In this document: in pieces, positions 19,483 through 28,281 of the stretch
Position numbering within the stretch: the stretch's first letter is position 1
How the letters are laid out: every line of letters begins with the position of its first letter
From: an uncultured Candidatus Peregrinibacteria bacterium
Lineage (GTDB): Bacteria > Patescibacteriota > Gracilibacteria > Peribacterales > Peribacteraceae
DNA length: 64,000 bases
Reading direction: 5' to 3'
Assembly (NCBI GenBank): GCA_937863435.1
Contig: CALMES010000136.1
Coordinates: 15,238-79,237, forward strand
The notes under the pieces: model-generated
The model's input: only the letters and a program-made list of their open reading frames with translations
Told to the model about the DNA's origin: nothing
The model's database searches: none
Position numbers and translations under genes: made by a program

Positions 19483-20859
19483 ATGCACAAACACAGATAC
19501 GTTCCGCTCTGTCTTTGCCTGTCTCTCCTCTGCGGATTGCTTGCACCTGCGTATCCGCTGGAAGCAGCAACTACAGCGCCATTTCCCGACATGGCCAGGT
19601 CGTGGTTTGGGTATCAGGACAATGTAACGTACCTCAAGGCCAAAGGTGCGATCGGTGGCTACCCCGATGGACTATTTCACCCCAAGCAGACGGTGAATCG
19701 CGCGGAGTTTTTAAAGCTCGTCTTCAGTTCCAAAACGGATAGTGAACCGGTAACGGACGATTGCTTCGCCGATGTTCCGGCAAGCGCATGGTTTGCGCCG
19801 TTCGTCTGTGCGGCCAAGCGGCGGGGGATTGTAAGCGGCTACAAAGTCGGCTCGCGCCAGTTCTTTAAGCCGGACCAGCCGATTGTTTTTGCCGAAGCCA
19901 TAAAGATGGCAGTGCTGGCATATGGAAATACTGTCAGCGAACCGCAGGGCGAGCAGTGGTATACACCGTACGTGCAGAAAATCGATGATGAAAAAATTCT
20001 CGGCAGTTGGTCGTATAACCCGGCCGATCCCATCACGCGCGAACGCGCGGCGGACTTGATCGCCAGGTACGTGAAGCACGACAACGAACGTGCTCTCGCC
20101 AACCTGTCGCCCGGTTGCGGCAAAGACGAACGCAGTCCGTCTCTCACGCTTTCTGTTCGTGGTATGGATCGATCGTACATTCTGACCAAAGCACGCGGCG
20201 CGTCGTCCAACACACCATCGCCGCTCATTGTGGCGTTTCATGGGAAGACGAATAGCAACGAGCAGGTGCAGGATTACTACGGTTTGGACAGAGCGGCATC
20301 GAAGTACTTTATCGCGTATCCAGCAGGTATCCCCACAGGCAACGGCAGTTTCTCGTGGTCGGATGGCAACGATAAGCCGCAGGAACTGCGCGACATAGCC
20401 TTCTTCGATGCGATCGTTCGTGAGATTAGCGATAGCGAATGTATCGACTTAAACCGCATTTACGTCGTCGGCCATTCGCTCGGCGCCTGGTTTGCCAACT
20501 CAGTCGCCTGCGCACGCGGCGGAGTGGTCCGCGCGTCTGCAACAGTCGGTGGCTCAGCAATCACCAGTAACTGCACCGGTCCGACCGCAGCAATGATCAT
20601 CAATAACCCGAAAGACGCCCTGTCGCCACAGTCGAGCGCGGTTGCCATGCGCGATGTGCGCATAAAGGAGAATACATGCTCAGCACAGTCTTTAAGCGTC
20701 GATCCATCTGCATTTTCGTGTGTGCAGTACGCAAGTTGCACGCAAAACCCGGTCGTGTTCTGTCCGCATACCATCGACTACGAACGCAGTGTGTATTACC
20801 CGCACGTGTGGCCGCCAGGAACGGCAGATGCGATGGTGAAGTTTTTTGAGGGGGTGTAA
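19483..20859 (+). CDS. secreted SLH-domain protein fused to a PHB-depolymerase/LpqC-type esterase
   Basis: Signal peptide, three SLH-like repeats (FPDMARSWF...GYPDGLFHPKQTVNRAEF; FADVPASAWF...) and an esterase core (LIVAFHG...VVGHSLGAW, i.e. GxSxG). Confidence 0.8.
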   Translation: MHKHRYVPLCLCLSLLCGLLAPAYPLEAATTAPFPDMARSWFGYQDNVTYLKAKGAIGGYPDGLFHPKQTVNRAEFLKLVFSSKTDSEPVTDDCFADVPASAWFAPFVCAAKRRGIVSGYKVGSRQFFKPDQPIVFAEAIKMAVLAYGNTVSEPQGEQWYTPYVQKIDDEKILGSWSYNPADPITRERAADLIARYVKHDNERALANLSPGCGKDERSPSLTLSVRGMDRSYILTKARGASSNTPSPLIVAFHGKTNSNEQVQDYYGLDRAASKYFIAYPAGIPTGNGSFSWSDGNDKPQELRDIAFFDAIVREISDSECIDLNRIYVVGHSLGAWFANSVACARGGVVRASATVGGSAITSNCTGPTAAMIINNPKDALSPQSSAVAMRDVRIKENTCSAQSLSVDPSAFSCVQYASCTQNPVVFCPHTIDYERSVYYPHVWPPGTADAMVKFFEGV

Positions 20860-20888
20860 GGCTAGTAATGTTAAATCGAATACTTAAG

Positions 20889-21455
20889 TCAATCTTCGAG
20901 TCTCTTGAAGAACTGATTTACATTTTCTTCAATTCCTCCTCTGCAATTTGATACGTGGGCTATTCTAGGATCTAGTTCTCCTGTCCATGGAATTTGATTT
21001 GCTTGTCCATCAGAGACTATCTCATCATAAAAGCTTTCTAAATCCCTACTTATTTGGAAAAGGGCACTGTAACTATGATTTTCCGTGGTGGGCTTTAGGC
21101 CATTATGGGCGAACATTGTATGGCGTTTTTTCATCAGCTTTTTGTAATCTTCCGAATTAATAAGTGCGTTATATTTGTTCTTTACTTGTTCAATTTTAGG
21201 GCTTGTTTTTAAAGAAGACAGCCAATATCCGAATGTAAATTTTTTTCCATCTTCTTCAATTAATGCGTATAAGCGGACTACAAACCTAAATAAAAAGGCA
21301 GCTTTTATGTAATCATGAACAAACATATGAGTCACTGAATGATGGTTTATATTTGAAGGTGGATGAACTTGTCCATTCTGATTCCACGATACCCATAGTC
21401 TTCTATAAATATTGAGCTCCATTAAGAATATTTCGATTTTATAGTTATCGTTCAT
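20889..21455 (-). CDS. hypothetical protein with an HEPN-like R-x5-H motif (Abi-like?)
   Basis: 188 aa in a markedly AT-rich gene. KKRHTMFAHNG fits Rx4-6H and resembles the RNxxxAH motif of HEPN Abi proteins. Nothing else is recognisable. Confidence 0.5.
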   Translation of the reverse strand: MNDNYKIEIFLMELNIYRRLWVSWNQNGQVHPPSNINHHSVTHMFVHDYIKAAFLFRFVVRLYALIEEDGKKFTFGYWLSSLKTSPKIEQVKNKYNALINSEDYKKLMKKRHTMFAHNGLKPTTENHSYSALFQISRDLESFYDEIVSDGQANQIPWTGELDPRIAHVSNCRGGIEENVNQFFKRLED

Positions 21456-21510
21456 ATATCAAATTGAATAATATCTAGCTTGAATTTCCTACTTTAAGTT
21501 TAGATATAAG

Positions 21511-21969
21511 TTAACTTTCTGCCAATTCTTTCAATCTCACCAACGCCTTCTTCCACATCTCTTCCATCATTACCTTCTCGCTCTCGCTAATATCCATATC
21601 GACCACCAGTTCTGTTCCACCGTCTTTGTCGGTGAACGTGTAGTTTTCGTGCGCGCCGGCCCACTTTTTTACTTCGTCGCTGGTCGTGTCTTCCACGCCA
21701 TTCATCACCATACCCAAATGTTCAATCGACACAAATTCGTGCAGCTTGTTTTTCCTGATGCGGCTTACCATGCCACCCTCACCTTTACTGGCTCCAGTTG
21801 GATCCGGGCCCAGAAAGAGCATCTTCGATCCCTCTTCCCAGTTTCCTTTGTAGTAAGAACCAGGATTGAATGCGTTTGTCCAGTCGCGGTACGTCGCGTC
21901 GGAAAGCATGACGTCCCAGACTTTTGCTCGTGGAGCTTGTATAAACGTAGACAGGTGGATTTTTGGCAT
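21511..21969 (-). CDS. SRPBCC / AHSA1-like (Activator of Hsp90 ATPase homologue) domain protein
   Basis: MPKIHLSTFIQAPRAKVWDVMLSD...YRDWT... has the typical SRPBCC N-terminus and length. Confidence 0.75.
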   Translation of the reverse strand: MPKIHLSTFIQAPRAKVWDVMLSDATYRDWTNAFNPGSYYKGNWEEGSKMLFLGPDPTGASKGEGGMVSRIRKNKLHEFVSIEHLGMVMNGVEDTTSDEVKKWAGAHENYTFTDKDGGTELVVDMDISESEKVMMEEMWKKALVRLKELAES

Positions 21970-22101
21970 AGCTCTGATTATACCGGAAAATAAATGAGGG
22001 TAAATCAGATGTCCGGCTTTTATGCTAACGCCTACGATAAGCGGGAAATAAGTTGTCTGCCAAGCTTTCGCATCGGCAGCTTTGCAAGTATCATTACTAT
22101 C

Positions 22102-22323
22102 ATGAAACGAAATTCTGCATCTCTCCTGCGCTATTTTACCAAGAACATTTCGGTTGTTGTCGGTATTGTGCTCATCTGGCGCGGAATCTGGTATGTTCTG
22201 GATTTTATCGATCTGCAAATTTTTGGCGGACAACACATTGTGACATCTCTCGGCGGCATCGTTCTCGGCCTTCTTATCATCTATCTTCCTGACAAGGATT
22301 TGAAGGAGATAGAAAAGCTGTAA
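22102..22323 (+). CDS. small membrane protein (73 aa)
   Basis: Two hydrophobic helices (VVVGIVLIWRGIWYVL; IVTSLGGIVLGLLIIYL). Called as an ORF only. Confidence 0.4.
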   Translation: MKRNSASLLRYFTKNISVVVGIVLIWRGIWYVLDFIDLQIFGGQHIVTSLGGIVLGLLIIYLPDKDLKEIEKL

Positions 22324-22351
22324 TACCCCCGATTCAATTCTCTCTGCACAT

Positions 22352-22906
22352 ATGAGCCAAAAGACCCTTTCGCCAAAGCAACACGACGAACTGCTGAAAC
22401 TCCTGAAAGCGCGTTTCGAGAAGCATATGAATCGTCATAAAGGAATGAAGTGGGGTGCCGTACAAACGAAGCTCGAGAAACACCCGGAAAAACTGTGGTC
22501 ACTGAATGAGATGGAAAGCACGGGCGGTGAGCCGGATGTCGTAGGGGAAGAAAAAGGCGAATATGTTTTCTTCGATTGCGCAGCCGAAAGCCCCAAAGAC
22601 CGCCGGAGCGTGTGTTACGACCGCGCCGCGCTGGAGGCCAGAAAAGAACATAAGCCAAAAAACAGCGCGCTGGATATGGCGGCTGCCATGGGAATCGAAC
22701 TATTAACCGAAGAAGAATATCGAGAATTGCAGATGCTGGGAGACTTTGACCTGAAGACATCAAGCTGGATACAAACGCCTGCAGCGGTTCGCAAGCTCGG
22801 CGGCGCACTCTTCTGCGATCGGCGTTACGATACGGTGTTTGTGTATCACAACGGGGCGGAATCGTATTATGCCGCGAGGGGATTTCGGGGGAAGGTGAGG
22901 GTGTAG
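22352..22906 (+). CDS. DUF4256-family protein
   Basis: LLKARFEKHMNRHKG, LWSLNEMESTGGEPDVV, SWIQTP and NGAESYYAARGFRG match my memory of the DUF4256 pattern. Confidence 0.7.
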   Translation: MSQKTLSPKQHDELLKLLKARFEKHMNRHKGMKWGAVQTKLEKHPEKLWSLNEMESTGGEPDVVGEEKGEYVFFDCAAESPKDRRSVCYDRAALEARKEHKPKNSALDMAAAMGIELLTEEEYRELQMLGDFDLKTSSWIQTPAAVRKLGGALFCDRRYDTVFVYHNGAESYYAARGFRGKVRV

Positions 22907-23024
22907 GGTTTACAAGAGTCAGATTATTCTTTATCAATCTGATTCACTGATAGTTCACCCAAGCTGCTTCTTAAAACTTGCCGTAACGTTGTCTTTCCTT
23001 AGTTCTAATGAGGAATGTATTTCC

Positions 23025-24674
23025 CTAATTTATTTTTGATTCAATCGGCTCCGCCTGTTTTACCGGCTCCACAATCCACCATACATCGCTTCCGTTCCTA
23101 GCAACATAGGCAAAGTTCGCATCTTTGTTGATAAAGAATGGATACACGATGATGTCATCATACAATTTTCCACGTGTCTCATTTATCAGCACTCGTGATT
23201 GCCCTTTATCATCACGTAGTACAGAGAGAAGAGTTGTGCCGCTTGCATTAAAGCTCCATGGCTCAAATACCTCGCTCTCGGGAGTTTTGCCAATTACCTG
23301 CACAGTATTGCCTACAATATTCCTAATAATATGCTGTGCGCCCTTGCTGCCATCCGCGGCTTCGTACGCAATTTTTTGACCGTCAGGACTAAAAACAGGG
23401 GTACCGATGTTTATATGATGATCAACTTCCTTTCCATTGATCACAAGCCATGTATCGGTAGGAGTTGCACCTGCCCACTTCTCTGTGACCGTTGCAAAAC
23501 TACTGCCATCCGTACTGAAAATAAAATTCGTAGAACTCTGCACTTGTGCAGAATATTCTTGTGTATGACCTTTGGAATCTTCAATATGTATGGTATTTGT
23601 CTGATTGGCTGTATTACCATTTTTTTGTCTAAAATATGCGACCGTACTTCCGTCAGGACTAATAGAAAAGCCACGTGATTCATCTAAGTTTGCCGGAGGA
23701 CTTTTCTGAACAATTTTTCCGTTTTGATCGATGATAACCATAAATACTTTTGTGAAATTCGCGCCACCAACACATTGCTGTGGATATCCTGTGCAATATT
23801 CTTGTTTTGCAAGTATTGGACAATTCGCCTGCGGAAATTTTATGGTGCAATCATGAACCGCAAAGAGTTGATATTGCTGAAAATCAGCTTGTCCCGAAGG
23901 CTTGATAACAGGTTCTATTAGCTGAGTTACTTGATAGGCAATATTGCCGTTATTCATGAGTTGGGCCGTATTATTTATGTTGTACGGAAGCGATATCTCT
24001 TTCGTTCCAACAACCAATGTTTGCTGCTTTGCATCAGCAACTTGGACGACATATATCACATCGTTATTTGCAGTAAAGGCCACGTAATTGGAGTTGCCAT
24101 ACATGGTGCTGACATGCTTTGCCGGTTGCAACTGAATAAGTGGCCAAGCCTCTGGTTTCTGTTCGTCATATTTTGCAACTGTGTAATGCTTATTTTCCAC
24201 CCCGTCTTTTACCACAAAAAAATTCTGCTTATGTTTTTCCCATACAGAATAGGCATAATGTTTTCCGTCCGGACTAAAGACCGGAGGACTTACCAGTGAT
24301 TCTTTATATTGCATCGTGTGTATCTGCTTTTTCTCATCAGCAATAACCACAGTTTCATTCCATGTGAGGGGAATAGTTGCCGGTTCCATAATAATATAAC
24401 CGATCATATGGCCGTCGGGGCTGACAGACATTTCATAGTCTATGTATGAATCCTTATCACAATCTGGCTCCGGCGTGCATAAGGCACCAACTCGATATTT
24501 TGTTGGTAAGGAAAATTTTGTTGTTGCCTGTTGATACGAGATGGGAACAGAAGAAATGGCAATAGGTTCTTTCTTCGGCTCAACGACAATTTTTTGATGA
24601 ACACATGCTGCGAGAATGCTTAGAACTATAAACAAACTTGTACTCAAGATAGCGTTTCGTGTGTTTGTGTTCAT
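23025..24674 (-). CDS. lipoprotein with TolB-like beta-propeller (SPDG) repeats
   Basis: Lipobox LSILAAC and repeated blades VSPDGHMIGY, FSPDGKHYAYS, ISPDGSTVAYF, FSPDGQKIAYE. The gene is AT-rich. Confidence 0.7.
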   Translation of the reverse strand: MNTNTRNAILSTSLFIVLSILAACVHQKIVVEPKKEPIAISSVPISYQQATTKFSLPTKYRVGALCTPEPDCDKDSYIDYEMSVSPDGHMIGYIIMEPATIPLTWNETVVIADEKKQIHTMQYKESLVSPPVFSPDGKHYAYSVWEKHKQNFFVVKDGVENKHYTVAKYDEQKPEAWPLIQLQPAKHVSTMYGNSNYVAFTANNDVIYVVQVADAKQQTLVVGTKEISLPYNINNTAQLMNNGNIAYQVTQLIEPVIKPSGQADFQQYQLFAVHDCTIKFPQANCPILAKQEYCTGYPQQCVGGANFTKVFMVIIDQNGKIVQKSPPANLDESRGFSISPDGSTVAYFRQKNGNTANQTNTIHIEDSKGHTQEYSAQVQSSTNFIFSTDGSSFATVTEKWAGATPTDTWLVINGKEVDHHINIGTPVFSPDGQKIAYEAADGSKGAQHIIRNIVGNTVQVIGKTPESEVFEPWSFNASGTTLLSVLRDDKGQSRVLINETRGKLYDDIIVYPFFINKDANFAYVARNGSDVWWIVEPVKQAEPIESKIN

Positions 24675-24923
24675 AAATGTGAGTAAGAAATTATTTATTA
24701 TTATAACATAATTTTAATAATAAAGCAAAATAACGTTTTGATTAACGCATATATCGGCTTATAAAAGCGATGGCTGAGCGGACGGGTCTGGCACCAAAAC
24801 TTGTGAGTCCCAGAGAGCGTTTTTGAGGGGGGTCAAAATACTATCTGAGGGCAGGCGGGTCAGTCGTCAAATGAGACAAATAAGACAGTACAACAGGGGG
24901 TGTCTCATGCCTAGACAAAATCA

Positions 24924-25652
24924 TTATTTTGGCTTACATAAGCCAATATTAGGCAGCAGTGGCTGAGAATACGCATTGTACTCCGCAATTCGATTTTCAC
25001 CCGTTTCAAGATCATGAATGATGCCATCAACTTTTCTTACGGCACCGTGGAGTTTCGTATCATCCAAGAGCTTCGGCTTCGGCAGAGTCATCGCTGAATA
25101 TTCGAGGGTTTTGTAGACGTATCCAACGAAGGTGCCGGTGTATCGGTAACGTTGTATGCAGCTCTCGATCTTCTGCGGCAATTCATGCGAAAACCACTTC
25201 CATCTCCAAAGCAACGGATAGGTATCAATCCAGTCTTCTGCCATGAACTGCATATACTCCATGAGTTCGCGTTTGGCATCGATATTTCCTTTTTGCGAAA
25301 GCCGGACGAGTGCCACACTGATCAGATTTCGCATTTCATTATCCTCCTTTGCCCGTGTGAAAAAGACGTAGCGCTTATCCAAATATTTTCTCATGACAAG
25401 AAGGAGTTCTTGCGGATCATTATATGGTGGAAGTCTTCTGAAGCGTCGCTCATGCCAACGCGCTTGCAAAGAGCGCTCAAGCTTTACTGTGACACAATCC
25501 CAATCGATGGTGCCAACTTCCGTCCGGATGTTCTTCCATATGAAGCGGTAGACTTTCGGCTCATTTCGATAGATCCATGAACTGCTGAACTGAGCAGGAT
25601 TCTTTTTCTCAAGTGCTGATGCAAGAAGTTCGATTGCTTGTTTGAAATCCAT
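24924..25652 (-). CDS. hypothetical protein (242 aa)
   Basis: Called as an ORF only. RYRYTGTFVGYVYKTLEYS weakly resembles sigma-70 region 2, which is too weak to call. Confidence 0.5.
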   Translation of the reverse strand: MDFKQAIELLASALEKKNPAQFSSSWIYRNEPKVYRFIWKNIRTEVGTIDWDCVTVKLERSLQARWHERRFRRLPPYNDPQELLLVMRKYLDKRYVFFTRAKEDNEMRNLISVALVRLSQKGNIDAKRELMEYMQFMAEDWIDTYPLLWRWKWFSHELPQKIESCIQRYRYTGTFVGYVYKTLEYSAMTLPKPKLLDDTKLHGAVRKVDGIIHDLETGENRIAEYNAYSQPLLPNIGLCKPK

Positions 25653-25742
25653 AGGCTTGCTGGTGCGAACCTTTATGATGAGAAGAAAAATGATTCTCAC
25701 ATTATAACTATGACTCGTCACAATTTTGCGTATCATGAAATC

Positions 25743-26000
25743 ATGAATACAAAGGAATGGTTCCAGCGTGAAAAGCATGTGGCTCTCCATGCGCAGCCAA
25801 TATGGTTCCGCATTCTCAAATGGATTGTCATACTCAGTGGATTTGCCGCGCTTTGGTCATTGGAAGGCTGGATGGCAGCGGCATCGGTATTGCTCTGTCT
25901 GATGGCAGTGGGAACAATCCTGCACTTCCTCCTGCGCTGGAAAACAAAAGGCTGGACGGAGTCGTGGGGACCGTACAAGAAAATAGAGTTACCGAAATAG
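25743..26000 (+). CDS. small membrane protein (85 aa)
   Basis: Two TM helices (WFRILKWIVILSGFAALW; AAASVLLCLMAVGTILHFLL). Called as an ORF only. Confidence 0.4.
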   Translation: MNTKEWFQREKHVALHAQPIWFRILKWIVILSGFAALWSLEGWMAAASVLLCLMAVGTILHFLLRWKTKGWTESWGPYKKIELPK

Positions 26001-26001
26001 G

Positions 26002-27942
26002 TCAGACAAACTTGTACAGCCGCAAACTATTGAGAATAACAAGCACCGTCATTCCCACATCCGCGAAGATGGCCAGCGCCAGATTGCTGATTCCCGTAAG
26101 CGCGAGACCGATGAAAAGGACTTTGACTGCTACAGCCGCTCCAATGTTGACCTGGATCGTTCGCTTACATGCCCTGCCGAGCCCAACCAGAAACGGTAGC
26201 AAGCTCAGGTTTACATTCATCAGCGCAATATCCGCACTCTCCATAGCGATATCGGAACTGATCGCGCCCATCGCGATACCGACCGACGCCGAAGCAAGGG
26301 CAGCTGCATCGTTCACGCCGTCTCCGATCATTGCTACCTCGGCGTGTTCTTCAATGAGTTTCCGCAGTGCCTGCACTTTGTCTTCGGGCAGAAGTTCGGC
26401 CATGACTTCCTGAATTCCGACCTTTTGCGCGACATACTGCGCCGATGAACGGTTATCGCCCGTCAGCATGACCGGTTGAATGCCGAGTCTCTTCAGTGAG
26501 GCGATAACTGCAGCACTCTCCGGCCTTATTTCATCGGTGACACCGATGACCCCCTTGATTTTTCCCTGCGTACCCATGACAACTGTCGTCTTTCCCTGCT
26601 GCTCGAACTCCTCGACTTTCTGGAGAACCTCATCTTCGAGTCTGTGTTCTTCTCCGACAAATTTCCGGCTTCCCAGACAATGGTGCTTATCGGTGCATAC
26701 AAGGCAATCTCCCTTGAGACCCTTGCCCATCACCGATTGGAAATTCTCGAATACATGGATATCGAGCTTCAAGTCCTCGGCTTTCGTGGTGATACTCCTT
26801 GCAACCGGATGCTTCGAGAGGGCTTCCATGCCTGCGGCACAAGCGAGCACCTCCTCTTTGCTGTAGCCATTGAATGCAACGACGTCTGAGACAATCGGTT
26901 CGCCCTTTGTGAGAGTTCGTGTCTTATCGAACGCAATGGCTTTGATCTTGCCCATTGCCTCGATGAATTGCCCTCCTTTGATGAGGATACCGCGCTGTGT
27001 AGCATTGCCGATCGCCGAGAACACGGCAACAGGAGTGGAGATTACGAGCGCACACGGACAGGAGATGACGAGAAGCGTGAGAGCCTGTGTGAACCACGGT
27101 GTAAACGGCTTTCCAAAGATGAAGACCGGAATGAGAACGAGCAGAACCGCGCCGAACATGACGGCGGGTGTGTAGTACTTGGAAAATTTCTCAATAAACT
27201 TCTGCGATGATGCTTTCTTCTCGGCTGACTCGTACGTGAGATGAATGATTTTTGCGAGCGTCGTATCCTTAGCAGCCTTCGTGACCCGGATCTCAAGATA
27301 TCCATCATTGTTAAAGGTTCCGGCATAGACTGTGTCGCCGATATCCTTGCTCCGTGGCAAAGGCTCACCCGTGATCGTTGCTTCATCGACCAGAGACCGC
27401 CCCTGGACAATCTCACCGTCGAGCGGAATCTGATCGCCGGAAGATACGACAATGATCTCACCGGGCTTCACATCTTCAACGGAAACGCGATCGGTGCTTC
27501 CTTTGAGTTGCGCGGTCTTCGGAGTGGATGCAACGAGCTGCTGAAGAGCGGAGCGGCTTCTTTGCACTCCATACGCTTCCAGCGCCTCACCGAGCGAGAA
27601 CAGCACGACGATGATCACCGCTTCTTCCCATTCGCGGATGGCGAACGCGCCAATCACGGCGATTGTCATCAGCAGGTTGATATTCGAAAAATTCAATTTC
27701 AGCAAACCCTCAAAGGCATTACGGAAAACACCCCATCCAAACCACGCAATGATTCCGAGGAAGAGGGGCAACTCAATGTATACCGGAAGATGAAGCGAAA
27801 AAAGCGAAAGGATTTCAAACGGGATGACCAGAGCGAGCGCCCCCAGGAGGAACTGGAATTTCCTGTTCCTCCAAAAACTTTTCTCAGGCTGTTCAGAAAT
27901 ATTCTTTGAAGCTTCGGAGGTGCAACAACCGCAGGAAGACAT
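26002..27942 (-). CDS. heavy-metal P1B-type ATPase, Zn/Cd/Pb-like (CPC, ADxG), with an atypical DKTRT phosphorylation motif
   Basis: N-terminal MSSCGCC, ITGEP, TM6 SCPCALVISTP, MLTGDN, GDGVNDAAAL and C-terminal FADVGMT. The phosphorylation loop reads FDKTRTLT instead of DKTGT. Confidence 0.9.
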   Translation of the reverse strand: MSSCGCCTSEASKNISEQPEKSFWRNRKFQFLLGALALVIPFEILSLFSLHLPVYIELPLFLGIIAWFGWGVFRNAFEGLLKLNFSNINLLMTIAVIGAFAIREWEEAVIIVVLFSLGEALEAYGVQRSRSALQQLVASTPKTAQLKGSTDRVSVEDVKPGEIIVVSSGDQIPLDGEIVQGRSLVDEATITGEPLPRSKDIGDTVYAGTFNNDGYLEIRVTKAAKDTTLAKIIHLTYESAEKKASSQKFIEKFSKYYTPAVMFGAVLLVLIPVFIFGKPFTPWFTQALTLLVISCPCALVISTPVAVFSAIGNATQRGILIKGGQFIEAMGKIKAIAFDKTRTLTKGEPIVSDVVAFNGYSKEEVLACAAGMEALSKHPVARSITTKAEDLKLDIHVFENFQSVMGKGLKGDCLVCTDKHHCLGSRKFVGEEHRLEDEVLQKVEEFEQQGKTTVVMGTQGKIKGVIGVTDEIRPESAAVIASLKRLGIQPVMLTGDNRSSAQYVAQKVGIQEVMAELLPEDKVQALRKLIEEHAEVAMIGDGVNDAAALASASVGIAMGAISSDIAMESADIALMNVNLSLLPFLVGLGRACKRTIQVNIGAAVAVKVLFIGLALTGISNLALAIFADVGMTVLVILNSLRLYKFV

Positions 27943-27953
27943 GAGAATGGTGG

Positions 27954-28232
27954 TTACTTGAGATAAGACTTCACAACCTCGATCAGTTCCTCAGCGGCCT
28001 GAGATTGCTGCGATGTAGGTTTGTTATGGGGATCGACGACGTGAGATCGGACATGATCTTCGATGATCTCAGCCATGAGGCTTTTCAAGGCTCCATGACA
28101 CGCGACAAGCGTTTGCAGCGTGGTTACGCAATCCTGATCGCTCTCGATGGATTTCTCGATACTATCGACCTGCCCTCGGATACGCCTGATGCGATTGAGC
28201 AGCTTCTGCTTGTCATGAATGATGTGAGGCAT
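27954..28232 (-). CDS. CsoR/RcnR-family metal-sensing repressor (RcnR-like H-C-H-H fingerprint)
   Basis: MPHIIHDKQKLLNRIRRIRGQV...DCVTTLQ...EDHVRSHV parallels E. coli RcnR (MSHTIRDKQKL...GHLTEHIV) at His3, Cys, His and His. Confidence 0.9.
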   Translation of the reverse strand: MPHIIHDKQKLLNRIRRIRGQVDSIEKSIESDQDCVTTLQTLVACHGALKSLMAEIIEDHVRSHVVDPHNKPTSQQSQAAEELIEVVKSYLK

Positions 28233-28240
28233 GACTGAAC

Positions 28241-28259
28241 TATACCCCTAGGGGGTATA
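28241..28259. promoter_or_regulatory. candidate CsoR/RcnR operator
   Basis: TATACCCCTAGGGGGTATA is a near-perfect palindrome with G/C tracts flanked by an AT inverted repeat, 9 nt upstream of the repressor ATG. Confidence 0.6.
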
Positions 28260-28281
28260 TGAATCCAGTGTAACCGAACTC

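Noticed and set aside
24769-24800. A possible tRNA gene (gatggctgagcggacgggtctggcacc resembles a class-II tRNA D-arm).
   Set aside because: No acceptor stem, anticodon arm or T-arm (GTTCRANYC) can be folded. At best it is a fragment or scar.
24924-25652. Calling the 242-aa orphan a sigma factor.
   Set aside because: A single segment of about 20 aa resembles region 2. No region 4 HTH or other sigma blocks are visible.
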